64,000 nt of DNA from Burkholderiales bacterium (lineage in GTDB: Bacteria; Pseudomonadota; Gammaproteobacteria; Burkholderiales; JBILQJ01): positions 10,115 to 74,114 of the forward strand of contig JBILQJ010000004.1 in NCBI GenBank assembly GCA_044373325.1, written 5' to 3'. Positions 47,879 to 58,070 of the stretch are shown here, piece after piece; the stretch's first letter is position 1, and each line of letters starts with the position of its first letter. The notes below the pieces were generated by a model. It was not told where the DNA came from. It saw only the letters and a list, made by a program, of their open reading frames with translations, and made no database searches. A program made the position numbers and the translations under genes.

Positions 47879-48739
47879 ATGATGAACATTCAGCATTTTT
47901 TTGATAAAGAAACCGCCACGTTTACTTACGTGGTGAGTGATGAAGCCACCAAAAAATGTGCCATTATTGATTCGGTTTTAAATTACGATGCCTTTTCTGG
48001 GCGTACTTCAACCACAGCGGCTGATGCTGTTATGGCTTACGTCCAGTCTCAAGGTTTGACGGTGGATTGGTTGTTAGAAACCCACATCCATGCCGATCAC
48101 TTGACGGCTTCGCATTATTTGCAACAAAAATTGGGCGGTAAAATCGGCATAGGCGAACAAGTCAAATCGGTGCTGGCTTTTTGGGTACCTTTGTTTCATA
48201 CCGAGCAAGATACGGCGCTCGATGGGTCGCAGTTTGACCATTTGTTTACCGATGGCGAACGGTTTCACATCGGGACAATTGAAGTGCAAGCCATTGCCAC
48301 ACCAGGTCACACGCCAGCTTGCATGACTTATTTGATGGAAGACGTTGCTTTTGTTGGCGACACCATTTTTATGCCTTATGTCGGCACGGCGCGTACCGAT
48401 TTTCCAGGCGGCAGCGCCCAAACTTTATATCAATCCATACAAACCGTGCTGTCTTTGCCCGAGCAAACCCGTATTTTTATTGGCCACGATTATCCCCCCG
48501 AAGGACACAGCGAACGCCATGTTTGCACGGTGGCCGATCAAAAAGCCAATAATGCCATGGTGCATGACGGCGTGAGCGAAACGGAATACGTCGCCGCTCG
48601 CAATGCAAAAGATAAAGGCAAAGCCGTTCCGCGTTTATTATTGCCTTCTTTGCAAGTCAATTTGCGCGCAGGTCAGCTGGGCATGGCCGAAAAAAATGGC
48701 GTGCAATACATTAAAATTCCTTTAAATCAAGTGGGTTGA
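47879..48739 (+). CDS. metallo-beta-lactamase-fold hydrolase (persulfide dioxygenase / Blh-like)
   Basis: THIHADH (HxHxDH) and ATPGHTPAC. Confidence 0.75.
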   Translation: MMNIQHFFDKETATFTYVVSDEATKKCAIIDSVLNYDAFSGRTSTTAADAVMAYVQSQGLTVDWLLETHIHADHLTASHYLQQKLGGKIGIGEQVKSVLAFWVPLFHTEQDTALDGSQFDHLFTDGERFHIGTIEVQAIATPGHTPACMTYLMEDVAFVGDTIFMPYVGTARTDFPGGSAQTLYQSIQTVLSLPEQTRIFIGHDYPPEGHSERHVCTVADQKANNAMVHDGVSETEYVAARNAKDKGKAVPRLLLPSLQVNLRAGQLGMAEKNGVQYIKIPLNQVG

Positions 48740-48793
48740 GTGCCTTAATGTGCCTTTTGATTTGAAAGCCTTGATTTTGAAACACAAAAACCT

Positions 48794-48842
48794 TTGCGGC
48801 CAACCTTTTCAACCCAAAACTGGGGAAAAAGGTTGGCCGCAA
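48794..48842. repeat. inverted pair of the 12-mer
   Basis: ttgcggccaacc-ttttcaacccaaaactggggaaaaa-ggttggccgcaa. Confidence 0.9.
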
Positions 48843-48877
48843 AGGCTTAAAACGATATGAACTGATGGTGTTGTGGC

Positions 48878-50284
48878 TTAACGAGGGCGACGAGATCCGC
48901 CATTGCCACCAGCGCCGCCTTGTGGGCGACCTGCGCTGGCTGGGGCGCGACGACCGTCAGCGCGAGCGCCTTCTGTGCGGCTAGACGACTCTGAACGCGG
49001 TGCGCTAGAACGGGGCGCACTGCTTGGGCGATCCGAACCACCGCTGGCCGCATTGCTGCTGCGTTTGCCTGCGTAACCGCCGCCACCGCCGTAACGTTTG
49101 CCGGTAGACGGTTTGCCGCTGCCGCCTTTAGGCACGGCGCGTGTGGCTTCAAAGCCTGCAATGCGCATTTCTGGAATACTGCGGTTAATGTATTGTTCTA
49201 CGCGGCGGATTTTATGAAAATCACGCACTTCACAGAAAGTCAAAGCCACGCCTTCACGCCCTGCACGACCTGTACGGCCAATGCGATGCACGTAATCTTC
49301 GGCTTGTTTGGGCAAGTCAAAGTTGATAACGTGCGTGATGGTTGGCACGTCGATACCACGCGCCGCCACGTCGGTGGCCACCAAGACTTTGATTCGACCC
49401 ATGCGCAAATCGTTTAAGGTGCGGTTGCGCCAAGCTTGTGGCATATCACCATGCAAACACGCCGCGTTAATGCCTGATTCATACAAACGATCGGCCAACT
49501 CTTCCGAGCTGATTTTGGTTGCTGTAAAAATCACCATTTGATCGTAATTAAGCGAACCCATTAAATGATCAAGCAAGCGATTTTTGTGACGGAAGTCATC
49601 GGTAAACAAAACGTGTTCTTCGATGGTGACTTTTTCTTCTTTACGGGCAATTTCAATGCGTTCTGGGTCTGTGGTCAAACGCGCGGCCAAGCGGCCAACC
49701 GTGCCATCTAAGGTGGCAGAAAACAATAAGGTTTGACGGTTTTTAGGCGTAGCGGCCACAATTTTTTCGATGTCGTCAATAAAGCCCATGTCTAACATGC
49801 GATCGGCTTCATCTAAAATCAGCACTTCTAAACGCGAAAAATCAAGGCGGCCGCGTTCTAAATGGTCAATCAAACGGCCAGGCGTGGCGATGACCACGTC
49901 CACAGGTTTAGACAATTGACGCAATTGAAAGCCCATGGGCGAACCACCCACCAAACAGGCGGTGTTTAAGTATTTTAGGTTTTTGCCGTAATTTTGGGCA
50001 TTTTTTTCAACTTGCATGGCCAATTCGCGCGTTGGTGTTAATACCAAAACGCGAGGGCCTGAACCACGAACCGCCGCAGGTTCGGCCAGTTTCATGAGCG
50101 AAGGCAATAAAAAAGCCGCCGTTTTCCCTGAACCCGTTTGAGCTGAAACCAATAAGTCTCGTCCAGCAATGGCAGAAGGAATGGCGTGCGCTTGTACATC
50201 GGTTGGGTGAACGTAGCCTTCTTTAGAAAGCGCTTCAACCAATTGGCTTGATAAGCCTAAATCTGCAAATGTTTTTTGTGTCAT
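48878..50284 (-). CDS. rhlE: DEAD-box ATP-dependent RNA helicase (RhlE-like) with Arg/Gly/Ser-rich tail; start at MTQKTF
   Basis: Q-motif region, AQTGSGKT, LILDEADRMLDMGF, SAT, HRIGRTGRAG, and a C-terminal low-complexity RGG-like tail. Confidence 0.85.
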   Translation of the reverse strand: MTQKTFADLGLSSQLVEALSKEGYVHPTDVQAHAIPSAIAGRDLLVSAQTGSGKTAAFLLPSLMKLAEPAAVRGSGPRVLVLTPTRELAMQVEKNAQNYGKNLKYLNTACLVGGSPMGFQLRQLSKPVDVVIATPGRLIDHLERGRLDFSRLEVLILDEADRMLDMGFIDDIEKIVAATPKNRQTLLFSATLDGTVGRLAARLTTDPERIEIARKEEKVTIEEHVLFTDDFRHKNRLLDHLMGSLNYDQMVIFTATKISSEELADRLYESGINAACLHGDMPQAWRNRTLNDLRMGRIKVLVATDVAARGIDVPTITHVINFDLPKQAEDYVHRIGRTGRAGREGVALTFCEVRDFHKIRRVEQYINRSIPEMRIAGFEATRAVPKGGSGKPSTGKRYGGGGGYAGKRSSNAASGGSDRPSSAPRSSAPRSESSSRTEGARADGRRAPASAGRPQGGAGGNGGSRRPR

Positions 50285-50795
50285 TGTATTTATATCCTTT
50301 TTATTTGTTTTTGTATAAGTACTGAACGTACTCGAAATGTCGCGAAGTCTCGCCAAAATAACCCGTTTTTTCAATTTTTCTTAAGTTTTATGCCAAGAAA
50401 AATAAACGGTCGGCAAACGAACAAAATAATCTTATACAAACCACAAAATAAAGAAAATAAAGACAATTTGTTAGGCCTAGCGATCGACGCATGAATGCTA
50501 AATTTTGCTTTTTATCTTTATTTACGCCCACAGAAGTAAAAGTTACACCAGTGAAAACCATAAAAATGAGTCAAAAAATAGCAGACGAGTGTAACAGATT
50601 CCACCACTTTAATCCAATGGTTTATGGCTTTAATTGGGTTAAGCCGCATTAAAAATGCCTTAAAGTCGGTTAATTTTATCGGAAATTGGGCGTTTAGCCG
50701 TCAAAATTTTGAATTGTCGCTTTTATGATGGTACTATTTGGTGGCTCAATTTTTAGGATTTCTTTTTAATAATTTTTATAGAAAGCTGACTTTTT

Positions 50796-52295
50796 ATGTC
50801 TACAAACACAGCAAACGGCATCGTCAATCTTGCCCAATTAGAACCCACGGCCGTTTGGTCACATTTTCTAACCTTATGCCAAATTCCCCGTCCGTCCAAA
50901 CACGAACAAGCCTTGCGCGATTATTTATTGGGCTGGGCAGAATTGCTGGACTTGGCCACAGAAGTCGATGCGGCAGGCAATTTAATCATTCGCAAACCTG
51001 CCACGCTGGGCATGGAAAATCGACAAGGTGTTGTTTTACAAGGCCATTTGGACATGGTTTGCCAAGCCAATACGGGGACGGTGCATGATTTCTTTAAAGA
51101 CCCCATTCGACCAGTGATGAAAGACGGTTGGTTGGTGGCTGAAAACACCACGTTGGGCGCAGACAATGGCTTGGGCGTGGCGTTTGCTTTGGCCGTGCTG
51201 GAAAGCAATACCTTGGCGCATGGCCCCATAGAAGTTTTATTGACCGTGGACGAAGAGGCGGGCATGGGCGGCGCGTTGGGCTTGGCATCAGGCCGTTTGC
51301 AAGGCGATTTGTTGATTAACATCGACACCGAAGAATGGGGCGAGTTGTATTTGGGCTGTGCTGGCGGCGCTGATGTGGACATCCGCCGCGCTTACCAAAG
51401 CGAGGCTGTTCCCACAAATTGGCCAATTTTTAAAGTGACGCTGGACGGATTGATGGGCGGCCATTCTGGCGCTGACATTCATTTGGGGCGCGGCAATGCC
51501 AACAAATTATTAATTCGCTTGCTCACAAGGTTGGCCGCAAGCCATGCGATACGGTTGATAGAAATTGAAGGCGGCACAGCACGCAACGCCTTGCCCCGTG
51601 AAGCCTATGCCGTGATTGCGCTGCCTGCCGAACAAGCCGCCACCTTGGCCTTAGCCGTCAGCGATTACGCGAGCCTGTTGTGTCAAGAATTGGCTTTGGT
51701 GGATGACGGCGTGAAGTTGCGCACAGAAGCCTTTTCTCAAGAGGCGGCTGGCTCTCAACCACTGATGATGGCGGTGACCGATCAGGCGGCGATTTTGAAC
51801 GCCCTCAATGCCACGCCACATGGCGTGAAACGCATGAGCGCCCAAATTTCAGGCGTGGTCGAAACCTCCAATAACTTGGGCATCGTCAGCCTGAAAAATG
51901 GCACCTTGTTCGCCAATTGCATGGTGCGCTCTTTGATAGACAGTGGCGTGACGGCCTTGGCCGATGAAATCATCAGTTTGTACCGTTTGATTGGTGCCGA
52001 AGCACAAGCCTCTGGCCAATATCCAGGCTGGGCGCCCAACGCCAATTCGCCGCTGCTGGCCTTGTTTAAAGACGTGTATCAAAAAACGTTTGGCGAGCCA
52101 GCCCAAACCCAAGTCATTCACGCAGGTTTGGAATGTGGCTTGATTGGGTCGAAATATCCCAATATGGACATGATTTCGTTTGGCCCCACCATACGCGGCG
52201 CACACGCCCCTGGTGAACGGGTAGAAGTCGCCACGGTCGCCTTGGCGTGGCAGTTTTTGCAAGCGGTGTTGCAGGCGGTGCCAGTAAAGAGTTAA
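50796..52295 (+). CDS. pepD: aminoacyl-histidine dipeptidase (M20C, PepD-like)
   Basis: 499 aa with IPRPSKHE, GHLDMV, LGADNG and TVDEEAGMGGA. Confidence 0.85.
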   Translation: MSTNTANGIVNLAQLEPTAVWSHFLTLCQIPRPSKHEQALRDYLLGWAELLDLATEVDAAGNLIIRKPATLGMENRQGVVLQGHLDMVCQANTGTVHDFFKDPIRPVMKDGWLVAENTTLGADNGLGVAFALAVLESNTLAHGPIEVLLTVDEEAGMGGALGLASGRLQGDLLINIDTEEWGELYLGCAGGADVDIRRAYQSEAVPTNWPIFKVTLDGLMGGHSGADIHLGRGNANKLLIRLLTRLAASHAIRLIEIEGGTARNALPREAYAVIALPAEQAATLALAVSDYASLLCQELALVDDGVKLRTEAFSQEAAGSQPLMMAVTDQAAILNALNATPHGVKRMSAQISGVVETSNNLGIVSLKNGTLFANCMVRSLIDSGVTALADEIISLYRLIGAEAQASGQYPGWAPNANSPLLALFKDVYQKTFGEPAQTQVIHAGLECGLIGSKYPNMDMISFGPTIRGAHAPGERVEVATVALAWQFLQAVLQAVPVKS

Positions 52296-52325
52296 TTTAA
52301 TTCACGCGTTGTCTGATTTTAAGTC

Positions 52326-52362
52326 TTGCGGCCAACCTTTTGCCGTAAAAGGTTGGCCGCAA
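52326..52362. repeat. inverted pair of the 12-mer with a minimal loop
   Basis: ttgcggccaacc-ttttgccgtaaaa-ggttggccgcaa. Confidence 0.9.
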
Positions 52363-52401
52363 GACTTTTGTGTGAAGTCTATCAAACAAGGAAAACAAAG
52401 C

Positions 52402-53346
52402 ATGAAAGCATGGCAAGCCAATATGGGTTTATTGATGTGCGCGTTAATTTGGGGATCGGCTTTTGTGGCCACCGATGTGGCGTTTGAATTTTTGCGCCCC
52501 ATACAAATGCAAACCTTGCGTTATGCGTTTGCGGCGGTGATTTTATCGGTGATTTGTTATAAAAAAGTGTTGACAATTTCGCGAGCGACTTGGCGCGCAG
52601 GCTTGATGTTGTCTGTGGTTTTCTTTTTTGCCTTTACGTCGCAATCGTATGGTTTGGCGATTACCACGCCGTCAAAAAATGCTTTTTTTACAACGGCCAA
52701 TGTGATTATGGTGCCGCTGATTTTGTATTTTTTTGCCAAAAAAAGCATGAGTAAAGACTTGATTTATGGCATTGCGTTGATGATGGTGGGGTTTTTCTTT
52801 ATTTGTTTTGAATTGAAAATTGAACAATTCGGGGCGAGTTTGTCCAATTTAGGCCAACAATTTAACTTTAATGTCGGCGATGGTTTGTCTTTGGTGTGCG
52901 CCTTGGGTTTTGCTTTGCACATTATTTTGACGGGCAAATACGTGTTAGAACATGACGGCGTGCAGTTGTTGTTGGTGCAAACTTGGTTCACTTTGCTGGC
53001 TTCTTTTTTGTGGCAAATGAGCGTGGGCGAATCGTTTAGCACCGTGCCAAACGAGCAACTCATACAAGCTTTGTGGCCGTGTTTGTACATGGCGGTTTTC
53101 AGTTCTATTGTGGCTTATGGCGGACAATTGATTTGCCAAAAATACACGCCGCCCTCTAACACCGCTGTTTTGTTGTCTTTAGAATCGGTGTTTGCGTGTT
53201 TGTTTTCGGTGGCTTTGGGGCGCGAACCGTATTTTAGCGGCTTGTTTGTGGGTGGCTTGTTGATTTTGTTTGGTGTGATTTGGGCAGAAGTCGGCCTGTT
53301 TTGGTTGCGGCCAACCTTGGCTCGCTTGCGTCCAGTCAAATCCTAA
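52402..53346 (+). CDS. EamA/DMT-family transporter (start at MKAWQANM)
   Basis: Ten hydrophobic segments. The upstream part of the track ORF is only the translated hairpin repeat. Confidence 0.7.
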   Translation: MKAWQANMGLLMCALIWGSAFVATDVAFEFLRPIQMQTLRYAFAAVILSVICYKKVLTISRATWRAGLMLSVVFFFAFTSQSYGLAITTPSKNAFFTTANVIMVPLILYFFAKKSMSKDLIYGIALMMVGFFFICFELKIEQFGASLSNLGQQFNFNVGDGLSLVCALGFALHIILTGKYVLEHDGVQLLLVQTWFTLLASFLWQMSVGESFSTVPNEQLIQALWPCLYMAVFSSIVAYGGQLICQKYTPPSNTAVLLSLESVFACLFSVALGREPYFSGLFVGGLLILFGVIWAEVGLFWLRPTLARLRPVKS

Positions 53347-53491
53347 TTTTTGGCTTGTTTTTGTAATTTACCCTAAGGATTTTTTGGGTTATGATACGGC
53401 CTCATTTTTGCCCCGCCTTTTATTTGGGCGTGGGCTTGTTTTTATCCCTTCCGTTTCTTCAGTTTCAATACTCTTTTACTAGGAAAAAACC

Positions 53492-54718
53492 ATGTCTGAT
53501 ATTAAAAAAGTCGTGTTAGCGTATTCTGGCGGTTTGGACACTTCGGTGATTTTAAAGTGGTTGCAAGACACTTATCACTGTGAAGTGGTGACGTTTACAG
53601 CAGATTTGGGGCAAGGTGAAGAGGTAGAACCCGCGCGTCAAAAAGCTTTGGCTTTGGGCATCAAACCCGAAAACATTTATATTGATGACTTGCGCGAAGA
53701 ATTTGTGCGTGATTTTGTGTTTCCCATGTTTCGCGCCAACGCCATTTATGAAGGCGAATATTTATTAGGCACGTCGATTGCGCGGCCTTTGATTTCTAAA
53801 CGCCAAATTGAAATTGCCAACGCCACAGGCGCAGATGCGGTATCGCACGGCGCAACGGGCAAAGGCAATGACCAAGTGCGTTTTGAATTGGGCTATTACG
53901 GTTTAAAACCTGACGTGAAAGTCATTGCGCCTTGGCGTGAATGGGATTTGTTGTCGCGTGAAAAATTATTGGCTTATGCCGAAAAACACGGCATACAAAT
54001 CACCAAGAAAAAAGACGGCAGCAGCCCGTATTCGACCGATGCCAATTTGTTGCACATTTCATACGAAGGCTTGTGGCTAGAAGATCCAGCGGCCGAACCT
54101 GAAGAATCTATGTGGCAATGGAGCGTGTCACCCGAAGCCGCGCCCGATGCCGCCGAATATGTCGAATTGACTTACGAAAAAGGCGACGTAGTCGCGATTG
54201 ATGGCGTAAAACTGTCGCCTGCCAGCGTGTTGACCAAGCTCAATCAATTGGGCAATAAACACGGCATAGGCCGTTTGGACATCGTTGAAAATCGTTATGT
54301 GGGCATGAAATCTCGCGGCTGTTACGAAACGCCCGGTGGCTCGATTTTGCTTAAAGCGCATCGCGCGATTGAATCCATTACTTTGGACAGAGAAGTGGCG
54401 CATTTAAAAGACGAATTGATGCCCAAATACGCGTCTATGATATACAACGGCTATTGGTGGAGTCCAGAACGCGCCATGATGCAAAGCATGATTGATGCGT
54501 CTCAAGCCACGGTTAACGGCTGGGTGCGCGTGAAATTGTACAAAGGCAACGTGATTATCGTGGGTCGCGACTCAAAAACCGACACCTTGTTTGACCCGAT
54601 GATTGCCACGTTTGACGAAGATGGCGGCGCGTATAATCACCTTGATGCGGCAGGCTTTATTCGCTTGAATTCTTTACGGTTACGCATTGCGGCCAACGCC
54701 AAAAAACAGCGTGGCTAA
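53492..54718 (+). CDS. argG: argininosuccinate synthase
   Basis: [11 protein letters not shown] and [13 protein letters not shown]; 408 aa. Confidence 0.95.
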   Translation: MSDIKKVVLAYSGGLDTSVILKWLQDTYHCEVVTFTADLGQGEEVEPARQKALALGIKPENIYIDDLREEFVRDFVFPMFRANAIYEGEYLLGTSIARPLISKRQIEIANATGADAVSHGATGKGNDQVRFELGYYGLKPDVKVIAPWREWDLLSREKLLAYAEKHGIQITKKKDGSSPYSTDANLLHISYEGLWLEDPAAEPEESMWQWSVSPEAAPDAAEYVELTYEKGDVVAIDGVKLSPASVLTKLNQLGNKHGIGRLDIVENRYVGMKSRGCYETPGGSILLKAHRAIESITLDREVAHLKDELMPKYASMIYNGYWWSPERAMMQSMIDASQATVNGWVRVKLYKGNVIIVGRDSKTDTLFDPMIATFDEDGGAYNHLDAAGFIRLNSLRLRIAANAKKQRG

Positions 54719-54830
54719 GCGGTAAAAACTAGAAAAAGGTTGGCCGCATCATCGATACGACCAACCTTTTTGGCGTTTATGTTAACTGTTTTTTATGGCT
54801 AGTATTTTGATATAAAAAGGAAAATTGGCT

Positions 54831-55214
54831 ATGCGTTTATTGCACACGATGTTAAGAGTGGTGGATTTGGAAGCCTCTTTAAATTTTTATCAAAGCGTTT
54901 TGGGGATGCAGTTGTTGCGCCGCCAAGATTATCCCGAAGGCAGATTTACTTTGGCTTTTGTGGGTTACGGCGCAGAAAGCGAACAAACCGTGCTGGAATT
55001 GACGCACAACTGGGACGTGGCCAGTTATGAATTGGGCTCGGCCTTTGGTCATTTGGCCATCGAAGTGCCAGATGCCGCCGCCGCTTGCGAAGCCACACGC
55101 GCCAAAGGCGGCCGCGTGGTGCGCGAAGCTGGCCCCATGAAACATGGCACTACGGTCATCGCCTTTGTCGAAGATCCTGATGGTTATAAAATTGAGTTTA
55201 TTGAGCGGAAGTAG
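54831..55214 (+). CDS. gloA: lactoylglutathione lyase (glyoxalase I)
   Basis: [20 protein letters not shown]...ELTHNW...GHLAIEV. The ATG at 54831 is preferred over the TTG at 54825. Confidence 0.9.
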   Translation: MRLLHTMLRVVDLEASLNFYQSVLGMQLLRRQDYPEGRFTLAFVGYGAESEQTVLELTHNWDVASYELGSAFGHLAIEVPDAAAACEATRAKGGRVVREAGPMKHGTTVIAFVEDPDGYKIEFIERK

Positions 55215-55251
55215 TGAGTTGAGTTTATGTTTTCCATTTATAACTAGAGGA

Positions 55252-55722
55252 ATGATGATGAAAATCCGCTGTCTACTACTGACCTGTGCTTTTATTGCAG
55301 GCTGTTCTACAAATAGCCAACCATCTGCCGAAGAAATGGCATTTTCTGCGACCTCATTGAAGATTTTTAGTGATGTTTGTCTTGCTACCGCCCCTTCTTT
55401 TTCAAAAGCGGAGCAAGTGGCCAAGACGCATGGCATTACAGAAATTATGGATATGGGCTTCATGAAATCAGGACGTAACAGCGATGACAGCGTTGGGGTT
55501 CAAATTAAATTAGGATACCAATGTGTTATCACCACAAAATCGCAAAAGAACCGCAATTTAACAGCCCAGTTTTTTAATGCCGTTGCGCCTGACGCACGGA
55601 TTATTAAAATATCTTCAAAAGTTTCTGGGGTGCTTATTACAATCGATAAAAAACTATTCAGCATTGGGCATGACCGTGAAGGAGGAGAAGCATTCATTCT
55701 AATGAAGCTCGATGCCAAATGA
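55252..55722 (+). CDS. small lipoprotein of unknown function
   Basis: Signal peptide with lipobox MMMKIRCLLLTCAFIAGC|S. I recognise no family. Confidence 0.5.
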   Translation: MMMKIRCLLLTCAFIAGCSTNSQPSAEEMAFSATSLKIFSDVCLATAPSFSKAEQVAKTHGITEIMDMGFMKSGRNSDDSVGVQIKLGYQCVITTKSQKNRNLTAQFFNAVAPDARIIKISSKVSGVLITIDKKLFSIGHDREGGEAFILMKLDAK

Positions 55723-55794
55723 TTAACAAAATTGATTATTGATTGTTGATGTCGTTTTAAAAAGGAAAATAACAATGAAAAAGTGGTTCAGCAA

Positions 55795-55873
55795 GTAGGG
55801 GCGATTAGCGTAGCGTAATCGCCCATTTATGACGATATGCGTAGGGCGATTACGCTGGGCTAATCGCCCCTAC
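55795..55873. repeat. nested palindromic (REP-like) element
   Basis: The outer arms are GTAGGGGCGATTAGC ... GCTAATCGCCCCTAC and the inner arms are GCGTAATCGCCC ... GGGCGATTACGC. Confidence 0.75.
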
Positions 55874-55950
55874 AAGTTGTTGGCAAAGTTTTAACCGACT
55901 TTGCCGTTGTGTTTGATTGGTTTGTTGGCTTTAAAAAAAGGAAAGTAACG

Positions 55951-57348
55951 ATGAAAAAGTGGTTCAGTATGATGTGTGCGGTGTTTTTGCCTAGCCTGTG
56001 TTTTGCGGCAGAAATGAATGGACAAGCCTTGAGTTTGTTGTGGACGATACCTTTTGCAGGCGTGTTGTTGTCGATTGCCTTGTGTCCTTTGCTCACGCCG
56101 CGTTTGTGGCACGGGCATTACGGCAAAATTGTGTTGGTTTGGACGCTGTTGTTATTGGGCGCGGTGTTGGCGCAATTTGGTTTTGGGGTGGCCACGCACA
56201 TCGTGGCGCACGCTTTGTTAACTGAATATTTGCCCTTTTTTGTGTTGTTGTTTGCTTTGTACACCATTTCGGGCGGCATTTTGGTGTGGGGCGATTTGCA
56301 CGGCTCGCTGCGGTTGAATGTGGGGATATTGTTTTTGGGGACGGTGTTGGCTTCGGTGATGGGAACGACGGGCGCGGCCATGTTGTTGATACGCCCTTTG
56401 ATACGCGCCAATGAAAACCGCAAACACAAAGTCCACGTGGTGGTGTTTTTCATCTTTTTGGTGGCCAACGTGGGCGGCGGTTTGACGCCTTTGGGCGATC
56501 CGCCTTTGTTTATCGGATTTTTAAAAGGCGTGACGTTTGCATGGACGTTTACGCATATGTTAGAGCCTGTGTTGCTGTTGTCAGCCATTTTGTTGACGGC
56601 GTTTGTGGCCGTTGATGCTTATTTTTGGAAAAAAGATCCAACCTGCGCCGAAATGCCCAGAAAAAAAGCCGACCCCTTGAAAGTGATGGGCAAATTTAAC
56701 ATTGCTTTGTTGTTTGCGGTGAGTTTGTCAGTGTTGGCATCGGGCGTGTGGGCGACAGGACTAAGCGTGGTGATTTTGGGTGCGCCCATGCCTTACGAGT
56801 CTTTGATTCGTGACGTATTTTTGTTGGCGGTGGCTTATATTTCTTGGCGTTACACGCCCAAGCCCGTGCGCGCAGGCAATGAATTTTCGTGGGAGCCTAT
56901 CGCCGAAGTGGGTAAATTATTCTTAGCCATTTTTGTGACTATCGCGCCTGTGATTGAAATTTTAAAAGCAGGCCAGTCGGGCGCATTGGCTGGCGTGGTT
57001 GGTACCGTCACCGATGGTTCAGGCGCACCCATCAATCATATGTATTTTTGGATGACGGGCATTTTGTCGAGCTTTTTGGATAATGCGCCGACTTATTTGG
57101 TCTTTTTCAATTTGGCCAGCGGCGACGCGCAACACTTAATGACCGCCATGTCGCCAACTTTGTTGGCCATTTCGATGGGCGCGGTGTTTATGGGCGCAAA
57201 TACTTACATTGGTAACGCCCCCAATATGATGGTAAAAGCCATCGCCGAACAGCGCGGCTTGGATATGCCTTCGTTTTTTGGTTACATGGCTTGGTCGGTG
57301 AGCGTGTTGGTGCCTTCTTTTGTGTTGTTGCAATGGATATTATTTTAA
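55951..57348 (+). CDS. ArsB/NhaD-superfamily (citrate-transporter-like) permease; start at MKKWFSMM
   Basis: About 465-aa polytopic membrane protein. RBS AAAGGAAAG lies before the ATG at 55951. The family assignment is by general resemblance only. Confidence 0.5.
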   Translation: MKKWFSMMCAVFLPSLCFAAEMNGQALSLLWTIPFAGVLLSIALCPLLTPRLWHGHYGKIVLVWTLLLLGAVLAQFGFGVATHIVAHALLTEYLPFFVLLFALYTISGGILVWGDLHGSLRLNVGILFLGTVLASVMGTTGAAMLLIRPLIRANENRKHKVHVVVFFIFLVANVGGGLTPLGDPPLFIGFLKGVTFAWTFTHMLEPVLLLSAILLTAFVAVDAYFWKKDPTCAEMPRKKADPLKVMGKFNIALLFAVSLSVLASGVWATGLSVVILGAPMPYESLIRDVFLLAVAYISWRYTPKPVRAGNEFSWEPIAEVGKLFLAIFVTIAPVIEILKAGQSGALAGVVGTVTDGSGAPINHMYFWMTGILSSFLDNAPTYLVFFNLASGDAQHLMTAMSPTLLAISMGAVFMGANTYIGNAPNMMVKAIAEQRGLDMPSFFGYMAWSVSVLVPSFVLLQWILF

Positions 57349-57403
57349 AGCGGCAACTCATTTTTAATCATTAATCAGTTTTAATCATACGAAAGCGTAA
57401 AAC

Positions 57404-57955
57404 ATGAAAAACAGTAAAAAAATACTTTTGAGTTTGGCCTTGTCTGCGTCTATGGGAGCGGCCTTTGCAGGTGACATCACGGCGGCAGGTTCTGATCGCA
57501 GCGGCTTTATCAGCCGCACGCCCAATGGTTTGGGTTTGGGCATTACCGCCGATTACGTGCGCGGCGATGACACGTCGGTGCAGGGGTCGGCTTCGGCGGG
57601 CGCAATTGGCTTAACGTTTGCCATTCCTATCAGCAAATTGACGCTGGGCGCAGGTGCAAAAGCGGCTTATTTTGACGCGGATGGCCACGGCGCTGCGCCG
57701 ATGTTGGGCGCGTTTGCCGACTTGGCCGTGACTGACGACATCACCGTTTTCGCCAGCAGTTATTGGGCGCCCGAAGGTTGGGCAACGGGTTCTATCGAAC
57801 GCGTGAGCGACAATCGAATTGGCGCGCGTTGGTATCCCATTCCTTTGGTTGGGGTCGAAGCTGGCTGGCGCGAATTCAGCATAGAACGCACCAATAAAGC
57901 CCGCAACGCATTGGCAACCGATGGCGCTTATTTGGGCGTGGTGCTTGGGTTTTAA
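57404..57955 (+). CDS. small outer-membrane beta-barrel protein (YfaZ-like)
   Basis: Signal peptide, alternating amphipathic strands and a C-terminal ...GVVLGF. Confidence 0.4.
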   Translation: MKNSKKILLSLALSASMGAAFAGDITAAGSDRSGFISRTPNGLGLGITADYVRGDDTSVQGSASAGAIGLTFAIPISKLTLGAGAKAAYFDADGHGAAPMLGAFADLAVTDDITVFASSYWAPEGWATGSIERVSDNRIGARWYPIPLVGVEAGWREFSIERTNKARNALATDGAYLGVVLGF

Positions 57956-57976
57956 GGTGACGTAACGGCAACGGTA

Positions 57977-58023
57977 TTGCGGCCAACCTTTTTCCAAAAA
58001 AATGGTAAAAAGGTTGGCCGCAA
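57977..58023. repeat. inverted pair of the 12-mer
   Basis: ttgcggccaacc-tttttccaaaaaaatggtaaaaa-ggttggccgcaa. Confidence 0.9.
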
Positions 58024-58070
58024 TGGGCTGAATGAATTGGTTTTATTTTATTTTTAAAAAGTGAATTGCG

